Under the pieces are notes generated by a model that searched no databases, was not told the DNA's origin, and saw nothing but the letters and a program-made list of their open reading frames with translations. A DNA stretch of 64,000 nt. Origin: an uncultured Gemmatimonadaceae bacterium (lineage in GTDB: Bacteria; Gemmatimonadota; Gemmatimonadetes; Longimicrobiales; Gaopeijiaceae). The stretch spans positions 3,396-67,395 of the forward strand of contig CAZHGS010000013.1 in assembly GCA_964532325.1 (NCBI GenBank). The letters are read 5' to 3'. Numbering within the stretch: the stretch's first letter is position 1; every line of letters starts with the position of its first letter. Below, piece after piece: positions 36,058 to 46,257 of the stretch. The position numbers and the translations under genes were made by a program.

Positions 36058-37269
36058 TCATTGACCGGCTGAACGCCCCCCGCCGGCAGGTTCCAGCCGA
36101 ACGATCGGAGTGAGGCCGCCGCCACGCCGGTCATCGATCGCGACGTAGATCAGGTCGTCCGGACCCTGGGTGATGGCCCGGATCCGGCCGAAGCCGAGCA
36201 TCAGCGGGGGCCGCTCAAGCTCGCCCACATAGACGTCCTCACCCTCGCCGATGAGTGGCATCCGTGCGATCTGGGGGTGGGCCAGTCCACCCATGAAGAT
36301 ACTGTTCCGCCACTCGGAAAAGCGCTCGCCGGTGTAGACCATCAGACCAGAGGGAGCGATCGACGGGGTGAAGTGCTGGAGCGGCTCCTCCATCCCAAGC
36401 ACCTCTCTCGTCGAAACGAGGCGCTCGCCGCCGTACTGCGACCCGTACCCGGCGACAGGCCATCCGTAGTTCCGCCCCCGGAGCACGAGGTTCAGCTCAT
36501 CCCCGCCCTGCGGCCCGTGCTCGCTCATATAGATGTCCCCGGTCTCGGGGTGGATCGCGAGACCCTGCGGACTGCGGTGTCCGTAGCTCCAGATCTCGGG
36601 CAGGGCATCGCTGTGCCCAACGAACGGATTGTCAGCGGGTACGCGGCCGTCGTCATGCAGGCGCACGATGGTGCCTTGATGGTTCGTCAGGTCCTGTGAC
36701 GGGTGCAGGTAGGCGGTTTCCATCGCGGGCGATGCGCCCCGGTCCCCGATCGTGACAAAGAGGTAGCCGTCCGCATCAAAGGCAAGCCGCGATCCGAAGT
36801 GCGCCCCGCCACCACCCCAGGCAACGGCCTCGAATATCTCCTCGACGCCGGTGAGCTCCCCGCCATCCAGCCGCCCGCGCACCACGGCCGTCGTGGCCTC
36901 GCTTCCGTCCGCGCTCGGCTTGGAGAAGCTCAGGTAGATGAGCCCGTTCGAATCGAAGTCCGGGTGCAGGACGACGTCGAGAAGACCCCCCTGCCCCTGG
37001 AACCAGACTTCGGGCGTCCCGCCGACCGGATCGGGATCGAGGACCCCGTTGCGGACGGTCCGGAGCCGCCCGGGTCGCTCCGTCACCAGCATCACGTCCC
37101 CGGGGAGGAAGGCGATCGACCACGGGTCCTGGAGGCCGTCGACGACCGTCACAACGTTGTACGGCCCGCTCTCGGACTGGTAGGTCGTCGTCTGGGCCGA
37201 GGCGGGAAGGGCGAGTGCCAGCCCGAGAACGACCGCACTCCCCATGCCAGCTGAACGGATGGCTTGCAT
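36058..37269 (-). CDS. PQQ-dependent sugar dehydrogenase (soluble aldose/sorbosone dehydrogenase, YliI-like)
   Basis: Signal peptide. PWSIAFLPGDVMLVTERPGRLR, GLLDVVLHPDF and YGHRSPQGLAIHPETGDIYMSEHGPQGGDELNLVLRGRNYGWP. Confidence 0.85.
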   Translation of the reverse strand: MQAIRSAGMGSAVVLGLALALPASAQTTTYQSESGPYNVVTVVDGLQDPWSIAFLPGDVMLVTERPGRLRTVRNGVLDPDPVGGTPEVWFQGQGGLLDVVLHPDFDSNGLIYLSFSKPSADGSEATTAVVRGRLDGGELTGVEEIFEAVAWGGGGAHFGSRLAFDADGYLFVTIGDRGASPAMETAYLHPSQDLTNHQGTIVRLHDDGRVPADNPFVGHSDALPEIWSYGHRSPQGLAIHPETGDIYMSEHGPQGGDELNLVLRGRNYGWPVAGYGSQYGGERLVSTREVLGMEEPLQHFTPSIAPSGLMVYTGERFSEWRNSIFMGGLAHPQIARMPLIGEGEDVYVGELERPPLMLGFGRIRAITQGPDDLIYVAIDDRRGGGLTPIVRLEPAGGGRSAGQ

Positions 37270-37479
37270 CTGAACCTCCTCATCGGACGCGATCCGAAAA
37301 TTGTAAGGCGCGCGCTCTCAACCCCACCGGGGACGGCTGCACCTAGCAACACCGGGGTTATCCTCGCCAACCTGCCCGCGCATGACAAGTCGCCTCCGGC
37401 CGCCCGCTCGCCGCGCGGCCGGACGTCCCAGCAGGCGCTCCGGGCCGGGCCGAAGGCGAACAGCCGGACCCGCGGAGGC

Positions 37480-38472
37480 CTACGCCCCGGGCAGGTCCTC
37501 GACGAGGTCGATCATCCGCCGCAGGTGTTCGGCGGTCGGCAGCCGGCCCCGGCCTCCGCCGAGGTTGTCGACCATGTGCTCGGCGTCCCCGGTCCCGGGC
37601 ACGGCCACGGTGACCGCAGGGTGTGCGACCACGAATTTCAGCATGAACTGAGCCCACGTCGACGCGTCGAACTCGGAAGCCCATTCCGGGAGGTGCCGGT
37701 CCCCGATCCTCGCCCACATCCGGCTCCGCCCGAACGGGAGGTAGACCATGACCGCGACCCCCTGGTCGAGCGCGGCCGGGAATACGGCCTCCTCGGCCAG
37801 CCGGTTGTCGATCGCATAGTCAACGCCGATGAAATCGATGGGGTAGTCCTCCATGACCCGCACGAGTTCAGGGTACTGTCGCTCACTCGTTGTGGTGATG
37901 CCGATATAGCGGATCCGTCCGGATGCCTTGTATTCCTGGAGGACGCCGAGCTGCGTCGGCGGATCGCCCATGTTGTGGACCTGGTTGAGGTCGATCACGG
38001 GAATCCTGAGCCGCTCGAAGGACCGGTCGATCTGCCTGCGCACGTCGGCGGGATCCACTGAACCACCCCCGCGCCCCGCCACGTTGACTTTTGTCGCCCA
38101 GAAGATGTCCTCCTGGAACCTGTCTTCCTCCGCCCACCTGCCCGCGTACTCCTCGGACCCACCGCCGCCGTAGCCGGCCGCGGTATCGAACACCCGGCCG
38201 GCACCTTCCGCCCCGTTTGCCAGGGCCCGGAGAACGGCGCGGTGCCCCGCAAGCTCCTCCTGCCCTGCCCGGGTCGAGATCCACCGGCCGCCCAGGCCGA
38301 TCACGGGAATCCGTTCACCACTCGAAGGGATCGGCTTCAGGATCATGTCCTGAACCCCGGTTCCCGGATTTCCCCCACACAATCCACCCGCGTCGTCGAA
38401 CCGCCACCCCGCCACGGTCAGTGCCGCGCCTGCGCCCACAGCAGTTCGAAGCCACTCCCTCCTCGATATCAT
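37480..38472 (-). CDS. Aldo/keto reductase with twin-arginine signal peptide
   Basis: MISRREWLRTAVGAGAALTVAG TAT-like signal. AKR catalytic tetrad context is present (FDTAAGYG, FWATKV, LNQVHNM). Alternative ATG at 38496. Confidence 0.8.
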   Translation of the reverse strand: MISRREWLRTAVGAGAALTVAGWRFDDAGGLCGGNPGTGVQDMILKPIPSSGERIPVIGLGGRWISTRAGQEELAGHRAVLRALANGAEGAGRVFDTAAGYGGGGSEEYAGRWAEEDRFQEDIFWATKVNVAGRGGGSVDPADVRRQIDRSFERLRIPVIDLNQVHNMGDPPTQLGVLQEYKASGRIRYIGITTTSERQYPELVRVMEDYPIDFIGVDYAIDNRLAEEAVFPAALDQGVAVMVYLPFGRSRMWARIGDRHLPEWASEFDASTWAQFMLKFVVAHPAVTVAVPGTGDAEHMVDNLGGGRGRLPTAEHLRRMIDLVEDLPGA

Positions 38473-39007
38473 CCTCACCCTCCTTGGCTCGTGCATGAGC
38501 TGGCCGGTAATGGACTGTTGCCGTGCGGCGGCTCGCGGACCAATCTCCACCGCCGGGGGAGCTCGTGGGGATCCTGCGGGCCTTGGCGCGAAATACCACA
38601 ACGCGGGCCTGCGGGAGCGGAACGATGCCTCCGTAGTATACCGCCGCGCCGGAGGCCGTGCGAGACGCCCCGTTGCGTGGGACGCACCCACGGTTCGCAG
38701 CCCCGGGACGCCGGCGCACCGGAGAGTAGCGGCCACGCGACGCCGCCGAAGCTGCCGGTGCCGCGAGGAAAGACGCGGGAGCTGCGAAGTCACCGCAGCT
38801 GCGGCCCGGACGACACTGCGCGAACCGTGTCCGGTCAGTCGACCGGTCGCGCACGGCCGGCAGGGTGAGAGTTGCCGCTTCGCCGGCTCGAGCCTCCTCC
38901 GACACATCGGCGGGCGGATCCCGCAGGTCGCCCGTTCCTTCCCGACTCCGTGCTCGGGAGGCCGGGGCCGACCCGACTGCTTTTTCCTGGATGGACGACG
39001 CGAACCA

Positions 39008-40300
39008 ATGGCCGATCTTTCGACAAAGGCCCCCAAGGCCGTCAACAGGCCGGGGCAGGTTCTCTTTGCGAGCCTCGTAGGCACGACGATCGAGTTCTTC
39101 GACTTCTACATATACGCCACCGCGGCGGTTCTCGTCTTCCCCGAACTCTTCTTCCCGGCAACCGACCCCGTTTCCGCCACGCTGGCTTCGCTCGCCACAT
39201 TCGGGATCGCCTTCCTCGCGCGACCATTCGGTTCGGCACTCTTCGGACACTTCGGTGACCGCGCGGGTCGGAAGGTCACCCTCGTCGCGGCACTCCTCAC
39301 GATGGGCCTGTCCACGGTCGCCATCGGGCTGCTCCCGACATACGCGACGATCGGCGTGGCGGCTCCCGCCCTCCTGGCCCTCTTCCGGTTCGGGCAGGGA
39401 CTCGGACTCGGCGGTGAATGGGGAGGCGCCGTGCTCCTAGCGGTTGAGAATGCACCGCCGGAGAAGCGGGCGTGGTACGGGATGTTCCCACAGCTCGGCG
39501 CCCCCCTCGGGTTCTTCTTCTCGGGCAGCGTCTTTCTCGTGCTGTCGACTTGGCTGAGCGAGGACCAGTTCTTCGCCTACGGGTGGCGGATCCCGTTTCT
39601 CGCGAGCGCGGTGCTCGTCGTCGTCGGGCTGTACGTGCGGCTCATGATTACCGAGACACCGGTGTTTGCGCGCGCGATGGAACGGCAGGAGCGGGTGAAG
39701 ATCCCGATATGGGTCGTATTCCGGCACCACACTAGGCGGCTCGTCACCGGTACCGCCGCTGCACTCGCGACCTTCGTACTCTTCTACCTGATGACGGTCT
39801 TCACGCTCTCCTGGGGAACCACCGCGCTCGGATTTAGCAGGAACGCCTTCCTCCTGATCCAGCTGTTCGGCATTCTCTTCTTCGCGGCGACGATTCCGTA
39901 TGCCGCGCGACTTGCAGATCGCTGCGGCCGGCGCCGCACGCTCATCTGGTCGACAGTCGCCATTGCCCTGTTCGGTTTCGTCTACGCGCCGCTTCTGGAA
40001 GCCGGAGCCTGGGGCGCCGTTGCCGTCACGGCACTCGGACTTGCGCTCATGGGGTTCACGTACGGACCTCTCGGCACCGCCCTTTCGGAGCTTTTCCCGA
40101 CCCGGATCCGCTATACCGGGAGCTCGTTCACCTTCAACCTAGCGGGGATTTTCGGCGCGTCGCTCGCGCCGTACGCCGCGACTTGGCTGGCACAGAACCA
40201 TGGGCTGCGATTCGTGGGCTACTACCTGACGCTCGCGGCAGCCTTGACGCTCGCGGCCTGGATCGCGACCGAGGAGACGAAACACAAGGAGTTCGCCTGA
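39008..40300 (+). CDS. MFS transporter, metabolite:H+ symporter (ProP/KgtP-like) family
   Basis: VGTTIEFFDFYIYATAAVLVF and GHFGDRAGRK blocks with about 12 TM segments. ATG 39008. The upstream 171 codons of the track ORF are non-protein-like. Confidence 0.85.
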   Translation: MADLSTKAPKAVNRPGQVLFASLVGTTIEFFDFYIYATAAVLVFPELFFPATDPVSATLASLATFGIAFLARPFGSALFGHFGDRAGRKVTLVAALLTMGLSTVAIGLLPTYATIGVAAPALLALFRFGQGLGLGGEWGGAVLLAVENAPPEKRAWYGMFPQLGAPLGFFFSGSVFLVLSTWLSEDQFFAYGWRIPFLASAVLVVVGLYVRLMITETPVFARAMERQERVKIPIWVVFRHHTRRLVTGTAAALATFVLFYLMTVFTLSWGTTALGFSRNAFLLIQLFGILFFAATIPYAARLADRCGRRRTLIWSTVAIALFGFVYAPLLEAGAWGAVAVTALGLALMGFTYGPLGTALSELFPTRIRYTGSSFTFNLAGIFGASLAPYAATWLAQNHGLRFVGYYLTLAAALTLAAWIATEETKHKEFA

Positions 40301-40396
40301 CATCCATCCGAGCGCCACCCGGATGGGGTGCCCACGAACGAAAGGCATCCAGCTCCGCCCTGCCAGACCGGGCACGGACCTCCGACACACCCTCAG

Positions 40397-40467
40397 TTGG
40401 CCCGGGTGGACTCGAACCACCACCGCCGGTTCCAAAGACCGGTGTCCTGCCATTAGACGACGGGCCA
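40397..40467 (-). tRNA. tRNA-Gln (anticodon UUG)
   Basis: Manual cloverleaf of the reverse complement. Acceptor TGGCCCG/CGGGCCA with U1-A72. D arm GTCT..AGAC-like. Anticodon stem CCGGT/ACCGG with loop CTTTGGA (UUG). T arm GGTGG-TTCGAGT-CCACC. CCA is not encoded. Confidence 0.9.
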
Positions 40468-40756
40468 TCGCCTCCGCGCGTCACCGGGCGCGCGCCGCGT
40501 TACCGACGGCGGGCCCCAAGACAAGATGGAACAGGAGCCGGGAAGACCCAACCCCCCCGTTGCGCCACTCACACGCCCCCGCGAAGGCGCCGTGCGGGTG
40601 CCGTCGGATCCGAAGCCCGGCGGGGATCTCGGATGCCGGATCCCGCGTGCGCGAACCGACCTCCGGGATGCCCGCGTGGTTCGACGCGGGGAATGCGCCG
40701 GCGACATCCGCCCGATCCCGGCGGGGGGATCCCGCCCCCGGTGGGCAGGGACTGTC

Positions 40757-41662
40757 TCAGCCGTGCGCCGGGTCCAGTGTCCGGGTACGGATGAGCCGCT
40801 GCACCGCACACACGCCGGCCAGCTCGCGTTCCGCTGCGGACGCCTCGGCCTCCGAGCCGAAGATACCGAAGAGGGCCGAACCGGTGCCGGACAGGAGGGC
40901 GGGGCGCGCGCCCGCGGCCGCGAGGGCGCCACGGATCTCCGCCAGGTCCGGCCGCAGGGGAAAGAGCACCGGCTCGAAGTCGTTCACCGCATCCGCCGCG
41001 ACCCCACTCCAGCAGCCCGGGGGCGACCGGAAGGTGTACTCGCACGCGGCGCACCCAGCGGCGGCGCGCGCACGGGCCAGCCGGCCGTAGGCCCACGGGG
41101 TGGAGACCGGCTCCGCGGGGAGGCCCAAGACGACCTCACGCGGAGGAAGAGACTCGAGGGGAAGGATGCGCTCGCCCCGTCCCGTTCCGAGCGCCCGCGA
41201 GGCTCGAGATACGAAGAAGGGAACGTCCGACCCCAGCGTGGCACCGATTCGCATCAGCTCCGCGCCGGAGAAGGGATGTCCGCTGAGCCGACTCATTCCC
41301 CTGAGGACGGCAGCCGCGTCGGAAGAGCCGCCTCCGAGCCCTGCCCCGTGCGGCACATTCTTCCTGAGCGCGATCCGGACACCGAGCGGCCGGCGGCCCC
41401 GCGTAGAGAGCGCCCCATTGAACGCACGCGCCGCGCGAACGGCGAGATTCTCCTCGGGCGGGCCGAGCGCACCACGATGCACACCAGTGAGTTCGAGCTC
41501 GACCCCGTCGCCTTCGCGGGCCTCGATCTCGAGGCGGTCCGCAAGTTCGAGAAGCTGGAAGATGGTCGCGATCCGGTGGTAGCCCGACGTTTCCCTCCCA
41601 AACACGGCGAGTCGAAGATTCACCTTCGCGGGCGCGGCACCCGACCACTTCCGGAGGCTCAC
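40757..41662 (-). CDS. ispE: 4-diphosphocytidyl-2-C-methyl-D-erythritol kinase
   Basis: APAKVNLRLAV N-terminus and GHMP-kinase motif VPHGAGLGGGSSDAAAVL. GTGA overlap start at 41662. The track ORF 40757..42649 is over-extended. Confidence 0.85.
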   Translation of the reverse strand: MSLRKWSGAAPAKVNLRLAVFGRETSGYHRIATIFQLLELADRLEIEAREGDGVELELTGVHRGALGPPEENLAVRAARAFNGALSTRGRRPLGVRIALRKNVPHGAGLGGGSSDAAAVLRGMSRLSGHPFSGAELMRIGATLGSDVPFFVSRASRALGTGRGERILPLESLPPREVVLGLPAEPVSTPWAYGRLARARAAAGCAACEYTFRSPPGCWSGVAADAVNDFEPVLFPLRPDLAEIRGALAAAGARPALLSGTGSALFGIFGSEAEASAAERELAGVCAVQRLIRTRTLDPAHG

Positions 41663-42753
41663 GGCCCGCCGACCGCCCGAACGTGGCGCCTGGCGGCAGC
41701 TGACTGCCCCGCCCTCCCGAGCTCCGGAAGCGAGAGGCCGATCCGTCCCGCGTACCAGAGGCCGAGGAAGGTCACCGGGAAGAATCCCCCCAAGTGATAA
41801 CCGAAGGCGAACGCCAGGGTGGCCTCCTCGGCGACGCCGTACACCTCGTGCAGCCCGACGAGCGCGGCGGCATGGAACGTCCCGAAGTAGCCCGGCGCGG
41901 AGGGCACGGCCACGCCGAGTGCAATCACGCCCTGCACGAAGAGCGCCGCTGCGTATCCCCGGTCGATCCCGAAAGCTAGGAACGCAAGCCAGAAGGAGAC
42001 CGCATTCCACGCCCAGATCGCAAGCGACCAACTGAGGGCCTGGCCGAAGAGCCGCAGATCCCGGAGTGCCCCGAGGCCTTGGAGAAAGAACTCGACGAGC
42101 TCGCGTAGGCGCCTCCCCCGGCCGCCGGGCACCAGACGCAGTCCCCGGTCGAGAATCCTGAGAGCCGGCGCAGGAAATATCACCGGGAGGAACAGGACGA
42201 GGACACCCGCGCCCCCGACGGCGAAGATCATGAGAAGAACCCCCACGAGGGGGCGGCCCCCGATCGTCGCGTTCGCGGGGAACCCGGGAAGGAGGACCGC
42301 GGCACCGAGCAGGAGCAGGATCGCAACACCGTCGAGGAAGCGCTCGGCCACAAGCGAGCCGAGCGTGCCGCTGATCGGTACAGGCTCGATCCTGGAGAGC
42401 GACCAGGCGCGGGCGAGCTCGCCCGCCCGCGCCGGCAGGAGGTTGTTCAGTGCGAACCCGATGCAGACCGCCGCGAAACGGCTCCCGATACCCGTCCCGG
42501 GACGGATGGGGTAGAGAATCACCCTCCAGCGGAGTGCTCGGGTCAGGAACCCGGAGGTCGCAACCGCGACCGCCGCCAGAAGGAGCCAACCGTTCGCATC
42601 CCTCAGCTCCACCAGAAGCCGTCCGGGCTCCACATCCCTGAGGACCCACCAGATCAGCAGGACGCTGATGGAAACCCCGAGAACCGCCCTCCAGCCACCC
42701 CGCACGGAATCAGTAGCCGATCGGCGGGATCCAGGTGCCGTGCTCACGCACAC
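41659..42753 (-). CDS. Flippase-like / lysylphosphatidylglycerol-synthase TM-region family membrane protein (UPF0104)
   Basis: About 8 TM segments. N-terminal ...[10 protein letters not shown]...RALRWRVIL pattern is typical of the family. The start may be internal to the 44-nt overlap with pdxJ. Confidence 0.7.
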   Translation of the reverse strand: MCVSTAPGSRRSATDSVRGGWRAVLGVSISVLLIWWVLRDVEPGRLLVELRDANGWLLLAAVAVATSGFLTRALRWRVILYPIRPGTGIGSRFAAVCIGFALNNLLPARAGELARAWSLSRIEPVPISGTLGSLVAERFLDGVAILLLLGAAVLLPGFPANATIGGRPLVGVLLMIFAVGGAGVLVLFLPVIFPAPALRILDRGLRLVPGGRGRRLRELVEFFLQGLGALRDLRLFGQALSWSLAIWAWNAVSFWLAFLAFGIDRGYAAALFVQGVIALGVAVPSAPGYFGTFHAAALVGLHEVYGVAEEATLAFAFGYHLGGFFPVTFLGLWYAGRIGLSLPELGRAGQSAAARRHVRAVGGP

Positions 42754-43480
42754 GCGACGGGGCGCGGTGGATAAGGCGCCGCATCTCCCGCACCGCGGCG
42801 GTCATCCCGGTCGTGAGGGCCCGCGACACGATCGAGTGTCCGATGTTCAGCTCCTCGATCAGCTCCAGAGCCGCCACCGGGGTCACATTCGCGTAGGTGA
42901 GCCCGTGGCCGGCGTGGACCGAGAGCCCCGCCTCCGCCGCCAGCTCCGCCGCACTCCGGATGCGCCTGAACTCCCGTGCCCTATCCCGATCGGCCGCGGC
43001 ATTCGCGTACTCGCCCGTATGAAGCTCGATGGCCTCCGCGCCGAGCGCCTTCGAGGCCGCCACCGAGGCCTCGTCGGGATCGATGAAGAGCGAAACGCGG
43101 ATGCCTGCGGCCACGAGCCGGGCGACGGCATCGCCGGTCGCCCTGCGAACCGCGGGCGCGCCCAGATTCAGTCCCCCCTCCGTCGTCAGCTCCTCGCGCC
43201 GCTCGGGGACGAGGGTGGCCTGCATCGGACGGACCTCTTCGGCGATCGACAGCACTTCATCGGCGGCCGCGAGCTCGAGGTTCATCCCGGTCCTCACCGT
43301 TCCGGCCAGCAGACGGATGTCCCGGTCCGAGATGTGGCGGCGGTCCTCGCGAAGATGCACGGTGATCCCGTCCGCGCCCCCCAGCTCGGCGGAGAAGGCA
43401 GCATGCACGGGATCGGGTTCGTTCGTGCCTCGCGCCTCGCGCACGGTCGCGACGTGGTCGACATTCACATAGAGTCTCAT
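42710..43480 (-). CDS. pdxJ: Pyridoxine 5'-phosphate synthase
   Basis: [43 protein letters not shown] and HAGHGL blocks. ATGA overlap with the hflX stop. Confidence 0.9.
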   Translation of the reverse strand: MRLYVNVDHVATVREARGTNEPDPVHAAFSAELGGADGITVHLREDRRHISDRDIRLLAGTVRTGMNLELAAADEVLSIAEEVRPMQATLVPERREELTTEGGLNLGAPAVRRATGDAVARLVAAGIRVSLFIDPDEASVAASKALGAEAIELHTGEYANAAADRDRAREFRRIRSAAELAAEAGLSVHAGHGLTYANVTPVAALELIEELNIGHSIVSRALTTGMTAAVREMRRLIHRAPSRVREHGTWIPPIGY

Positions 43481-44688
43481 GCGCCCTCCCGGTGACCGGT
43501 CATGCGGACGAGCGGCTCCCCCCTGAGCCGGCCTACGAGCGGCGCGGGCAGACGGGCCGTCAGACGAATGCGTGCGCCGTTGTCCTGCTGCTCCAGCACC
43601 TCGCCCTCCCTGTGCACACGGGCGAGAAGCGCACCCTCGCCGGGCGGGATCTCCAGGGTTACGCGGGGGCGGCTGGCCCGGACGCGGGCGCGAAGCGCGT
43701 CCCTCAGGGGCTCGAGCCCGGCAGGCTGTATCGCGGATCCGAAAACACACGGGGACTCGCCAAGCGCGTTTATCCGGCTCCGGACAACCGCCTCCTCCCG
43801 GTGTGTGATCCGGTCGACCTTGTTGAAGAGGAGCAGCTGCGGACGCCCGGCAAGGTCGAGGCCTGACAGCACCTCGTCGACGACGCCCTGCTGCTCCTCC
43901 CATTCCGGATGCGAGACGTCCACGACGTGCACGAGGAGATCCGCTTCGCGCGCCTCTTCCAGCGTGGAGCGGAAGGATGCCACGAGGTGGTGCGGAAGCT
44001 TCCGGATGAACCCGACCGTATCGGTGACGAGTGCGTTGTAGCCGCCGCCCAGCCCGACATTGCGTGTTGCCGGGTCAAGTGTCGCGAAGAGCCGGTCCTC
44101 CACCCGGAGTTCGTCCCCGGAGAGTGCGCGAAGCACCGACGACTTGCCGGCGTTCGTGTATCCGACGAGCGCCGCCCGGTACTGTCCGCGCCGCCCCCGG
44201 CGCTGAGTCTGCCGCGCCTCGGCCACTCGGGCGAGCTTTTTTCTGAGTTCGGCGATGCGCTGGCCGACGAGACGGCGGTCCGTCTCGATCTGCGTTTCGC
44301 CAGGGCCCCGGAGGCCGATTCCGCCCCGGATGCGCGAGAGGTGGGTCCACATCCGGGCGAGGCGGGGCAGCAGGTACTCGAGCTGCGCGAGTTCGACCTG
44401 GATCTTCGCCTCGCGCGTCCGGGCCCGCGATGCGAAGATGTCGAGGATCAGCTCGGAGCGGTCCATCACGCGCACGCCGAGCGCGGTCTCGAGGTTCTTC
44501 GCCTGTCCGGGCTTGAGCTCCTCGTCGAAGATGACGAGCTCTGCCTCCGCCGCCTCCACGAGGCGCGCCAGCTCGCGGACTTTCCCTGCTCCGATATAGG
44601 TGTGCCGGTTCGGGGACTCAAGCCGCTGCACCAGCGTGCCGGCGATCTCGCCCCCGGCCGTCAGCGTCAGCTGACGGAGTTCATCCAT
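43477..44688 (-). CDS. hflX: GTPase HflX (5' end probably extends upstream of the first canonical start; see findings)
   Basis: HflX N-domain ([38 protein letters not shown]) and G-domain ([20 protein letters not shown]). Confidence 0.85.
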   Translation of the reverse strand: MDELRQLTLTAGGEIAGTLVQRLESPNRHTYIGAGKVRELARLVEAAEAELVIFDEELKPGQAKNLETALGVRVMDRSELILDIFASRARTREAKIQVELAQLEYLLPRLARMWTHLSRIRGGIGLRGPGETQIETDRRLVGQRIAELRKKLARVAEARQTQRRGRRGQYRAALVGYTNAGKSSVLRALSGDELRVEDRLFATLDPATRNVGLGGGYNALVTDTVGFIRKLPHHLVASFRSTLEEAREADLLVHVVDVSHPEWEEQQGVVDEVLSGLDLAGRPQLLLFNKVDRITHREEAVVRSRINALGESPCVFGSAIQPAGLEPLRDALRARVRASRPRVTLEIPPGEGALLARVHREGEVLEQQDNGARIRLTARLPAPLVGRLRGEPLVRMTGHREGA

Positions 44689-44865
44689 GTGCTCGTCGAC
44701 GACCCGCGCCTCGACGCCACGGCGCGGCGCGCCAACGAGGATGGTCCGCTCGACCGGTGTCCGATTCTCCAGCAGCTGCGTCGGGATCTTAGTCGCCCCC
44801 GTACTGGTGTCCGCCCATGACCCGCCCCGCGACGGGCGCCAGACCGGCCCGTCGGTCCGGGTGCC

Positions 44866-46257
44866 CTACCCCGTTCCCTCCGGTTCGTGTCGGGACCCGG
44901 ACGCGTTCGGCGCATCCCCGGATGCAGCCGCCGGCCCGGCCTTCCCCCGCCGGCGCTCCCACCACGCGATCCGCTCGGCGATCCTCGCCTCGAAGCCCAT
45001 CGACCCCGGCCGGTAGAACTGGGTCCCGAGAAGCGCGTCCGGAAGATAGTGCTGCACGGCAAGGCCGCCCGACTCCTCGGGGTCGTAGCGGTAACCCCGG
45101 CCGTAGCCCCAGGCCTTCATCTCCGGGGTGGGCGCATTCCGGATGTGCAGCGGGACGGGCTCCGAGCCCGTGTCTTCCGCCGCCTTGAGCGCCTCCTGCC
45201 ACGCCCGGTACAGGCGGTTCGACTTCGGCGCCGTCGCGAGGAAGACCGCCGCCTCGGCGAGTGCCAAGTCTCCTTCAGGCGAGCCAAGGAAGTCGTATGC
45301 ACGCCATGCGGTCACGGCGATGCGGATCGCCAGCGGGTCGGCGAGACCGATGTCCTCGACGGCCATCCGGACGAGCCGCCGGGCCAGATACGCCGGGTCC
45401 TCCCCGCCGCGCATCATCCGGGCAAGCCAGTAGAGCGCCCCTTGGGGATCGCTCCCCCGGACCGCCTTGTGGAGCGCAGAGATGAGGTTGTAGTGCTCCT
45501 CCCCCGATTTGTCGTAGAGTGCGAACCGGTGTTGGAGTGCCTCGCGCGCCGTCCCCGCATCGATCCTCCCCCCGGGCCCGGCAAGATCGGCCGCCACTTC
45601 GAGCGCGCCGAGTGCGCGGCGGGCGTCCCCGTCGGCACCGGCCGCAAGGATGTCGACCGCCGCTTCGTCCCAGTCGAGCCCCCTCCTGCCCACCCCGCGC
45701 TCCCCGTCCCCGAGCGCGCCGAGAAGGATCTCCCGGAGATCGGCCGCGGAGAGCGGCTCGAGGATGAAGACCGGCGCCCGGGAGAGAAGCGGCCGGTTCA
45801 CTTCGAAGGACGGATTCTCGGTCGTGGCCCCGATCAGGACGATCGTGCCGTCCTCGACATGCGGCAGGAACGCGTCCTGCTGGCTCTTGTTGAAACGGTG
45901 GATCTCGTCGCAGAAGAGGATCGTCCGGCGCCCGGTCGCGGCCAGCCGTTCGCGCGCCTCCGCAATGACGCCGCGCACGCGGGCAACGCCCTCCGTTACG
46001 GCTGAGAACGAGACAAATGCTGCGTCAGCCCGGTCCGCGAGCAGTCGGGCGAGTGTGGTCTTCCCGCTTCCCGGCGGCCCCCAGAAGATGCAGCTGGAGA
46101 GCGCTCCGCCCTCGAGCATTCGCCCGAGCGCCCGGTCGGGTCCGAGGAGGTGTGACTGGCCTCGGACCTCCGCCAGGTTCCGCGGTCTCATGCGGGCCGC
46201 AAGCGGGCGGTGTGAGTCGCCGGACACATTCCCGAAGAGATCCATGCTCCCGTTCAT
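44866..46257 (-). CDS. rarA: Replication-associated recombination protein A (AAA+ ATPase)
   Basis: PLAARMRPRNLAEVRGQSHLLG, GPPGSGKTTLARLLA, FCDEIHRFNKSQQDAFLPHVE, and MgsA C-terminal blocks (HYNLISALHKAVRGSDPQGALYWLARM). Confidence 0.9.
   Translation of the reverse strand: MNGSMDLFGNVSGDSHRPLAARMRPRNLAEVRGQSHLLGPDRALGRMLEGGALSSCIFWGPPGSGKTTLARLLADRADAAFVSFSAVTEGVARVRGVIAEARERLAATGRRTILFCDEIHRFNKSQQDAFLPHVEDGTIVLIGATTENPSFEVNRPLLSRAPVFILEPLSAADLREILLGALGDGERGVGRRGLDWDEAAVDILAAGADGDARRALGALEVAADLAGPGGRIDAGTAREALQHRFALYDKSGEEHYNLISALHKAVRGSDPQGALYWLARMMRGGEDPAYLARRLVRMAVEDIGLADPLAIRIAVTAWRAYDFLGSPEGDLALAEAAVFLATAPKSNRLYRAWQEALKAAEDTGSEPVPLHIRNAPTPEMKAWGYGRGYRYDPEESGGLAVQHYLPDALLGTQFYRPGSMGFEARIAERIAWWERRRGKAGPAAASGDAPNASGSRHEPEGTG

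Noticed and set aside
40304-40326. Short hairpin CCATCCG/CGGATGG after the MFS gene as a terminator.
   Set aside because: It has only a 7-bp stem with a 9-nt loop and no U-tract, which is too weak to list as a feature.
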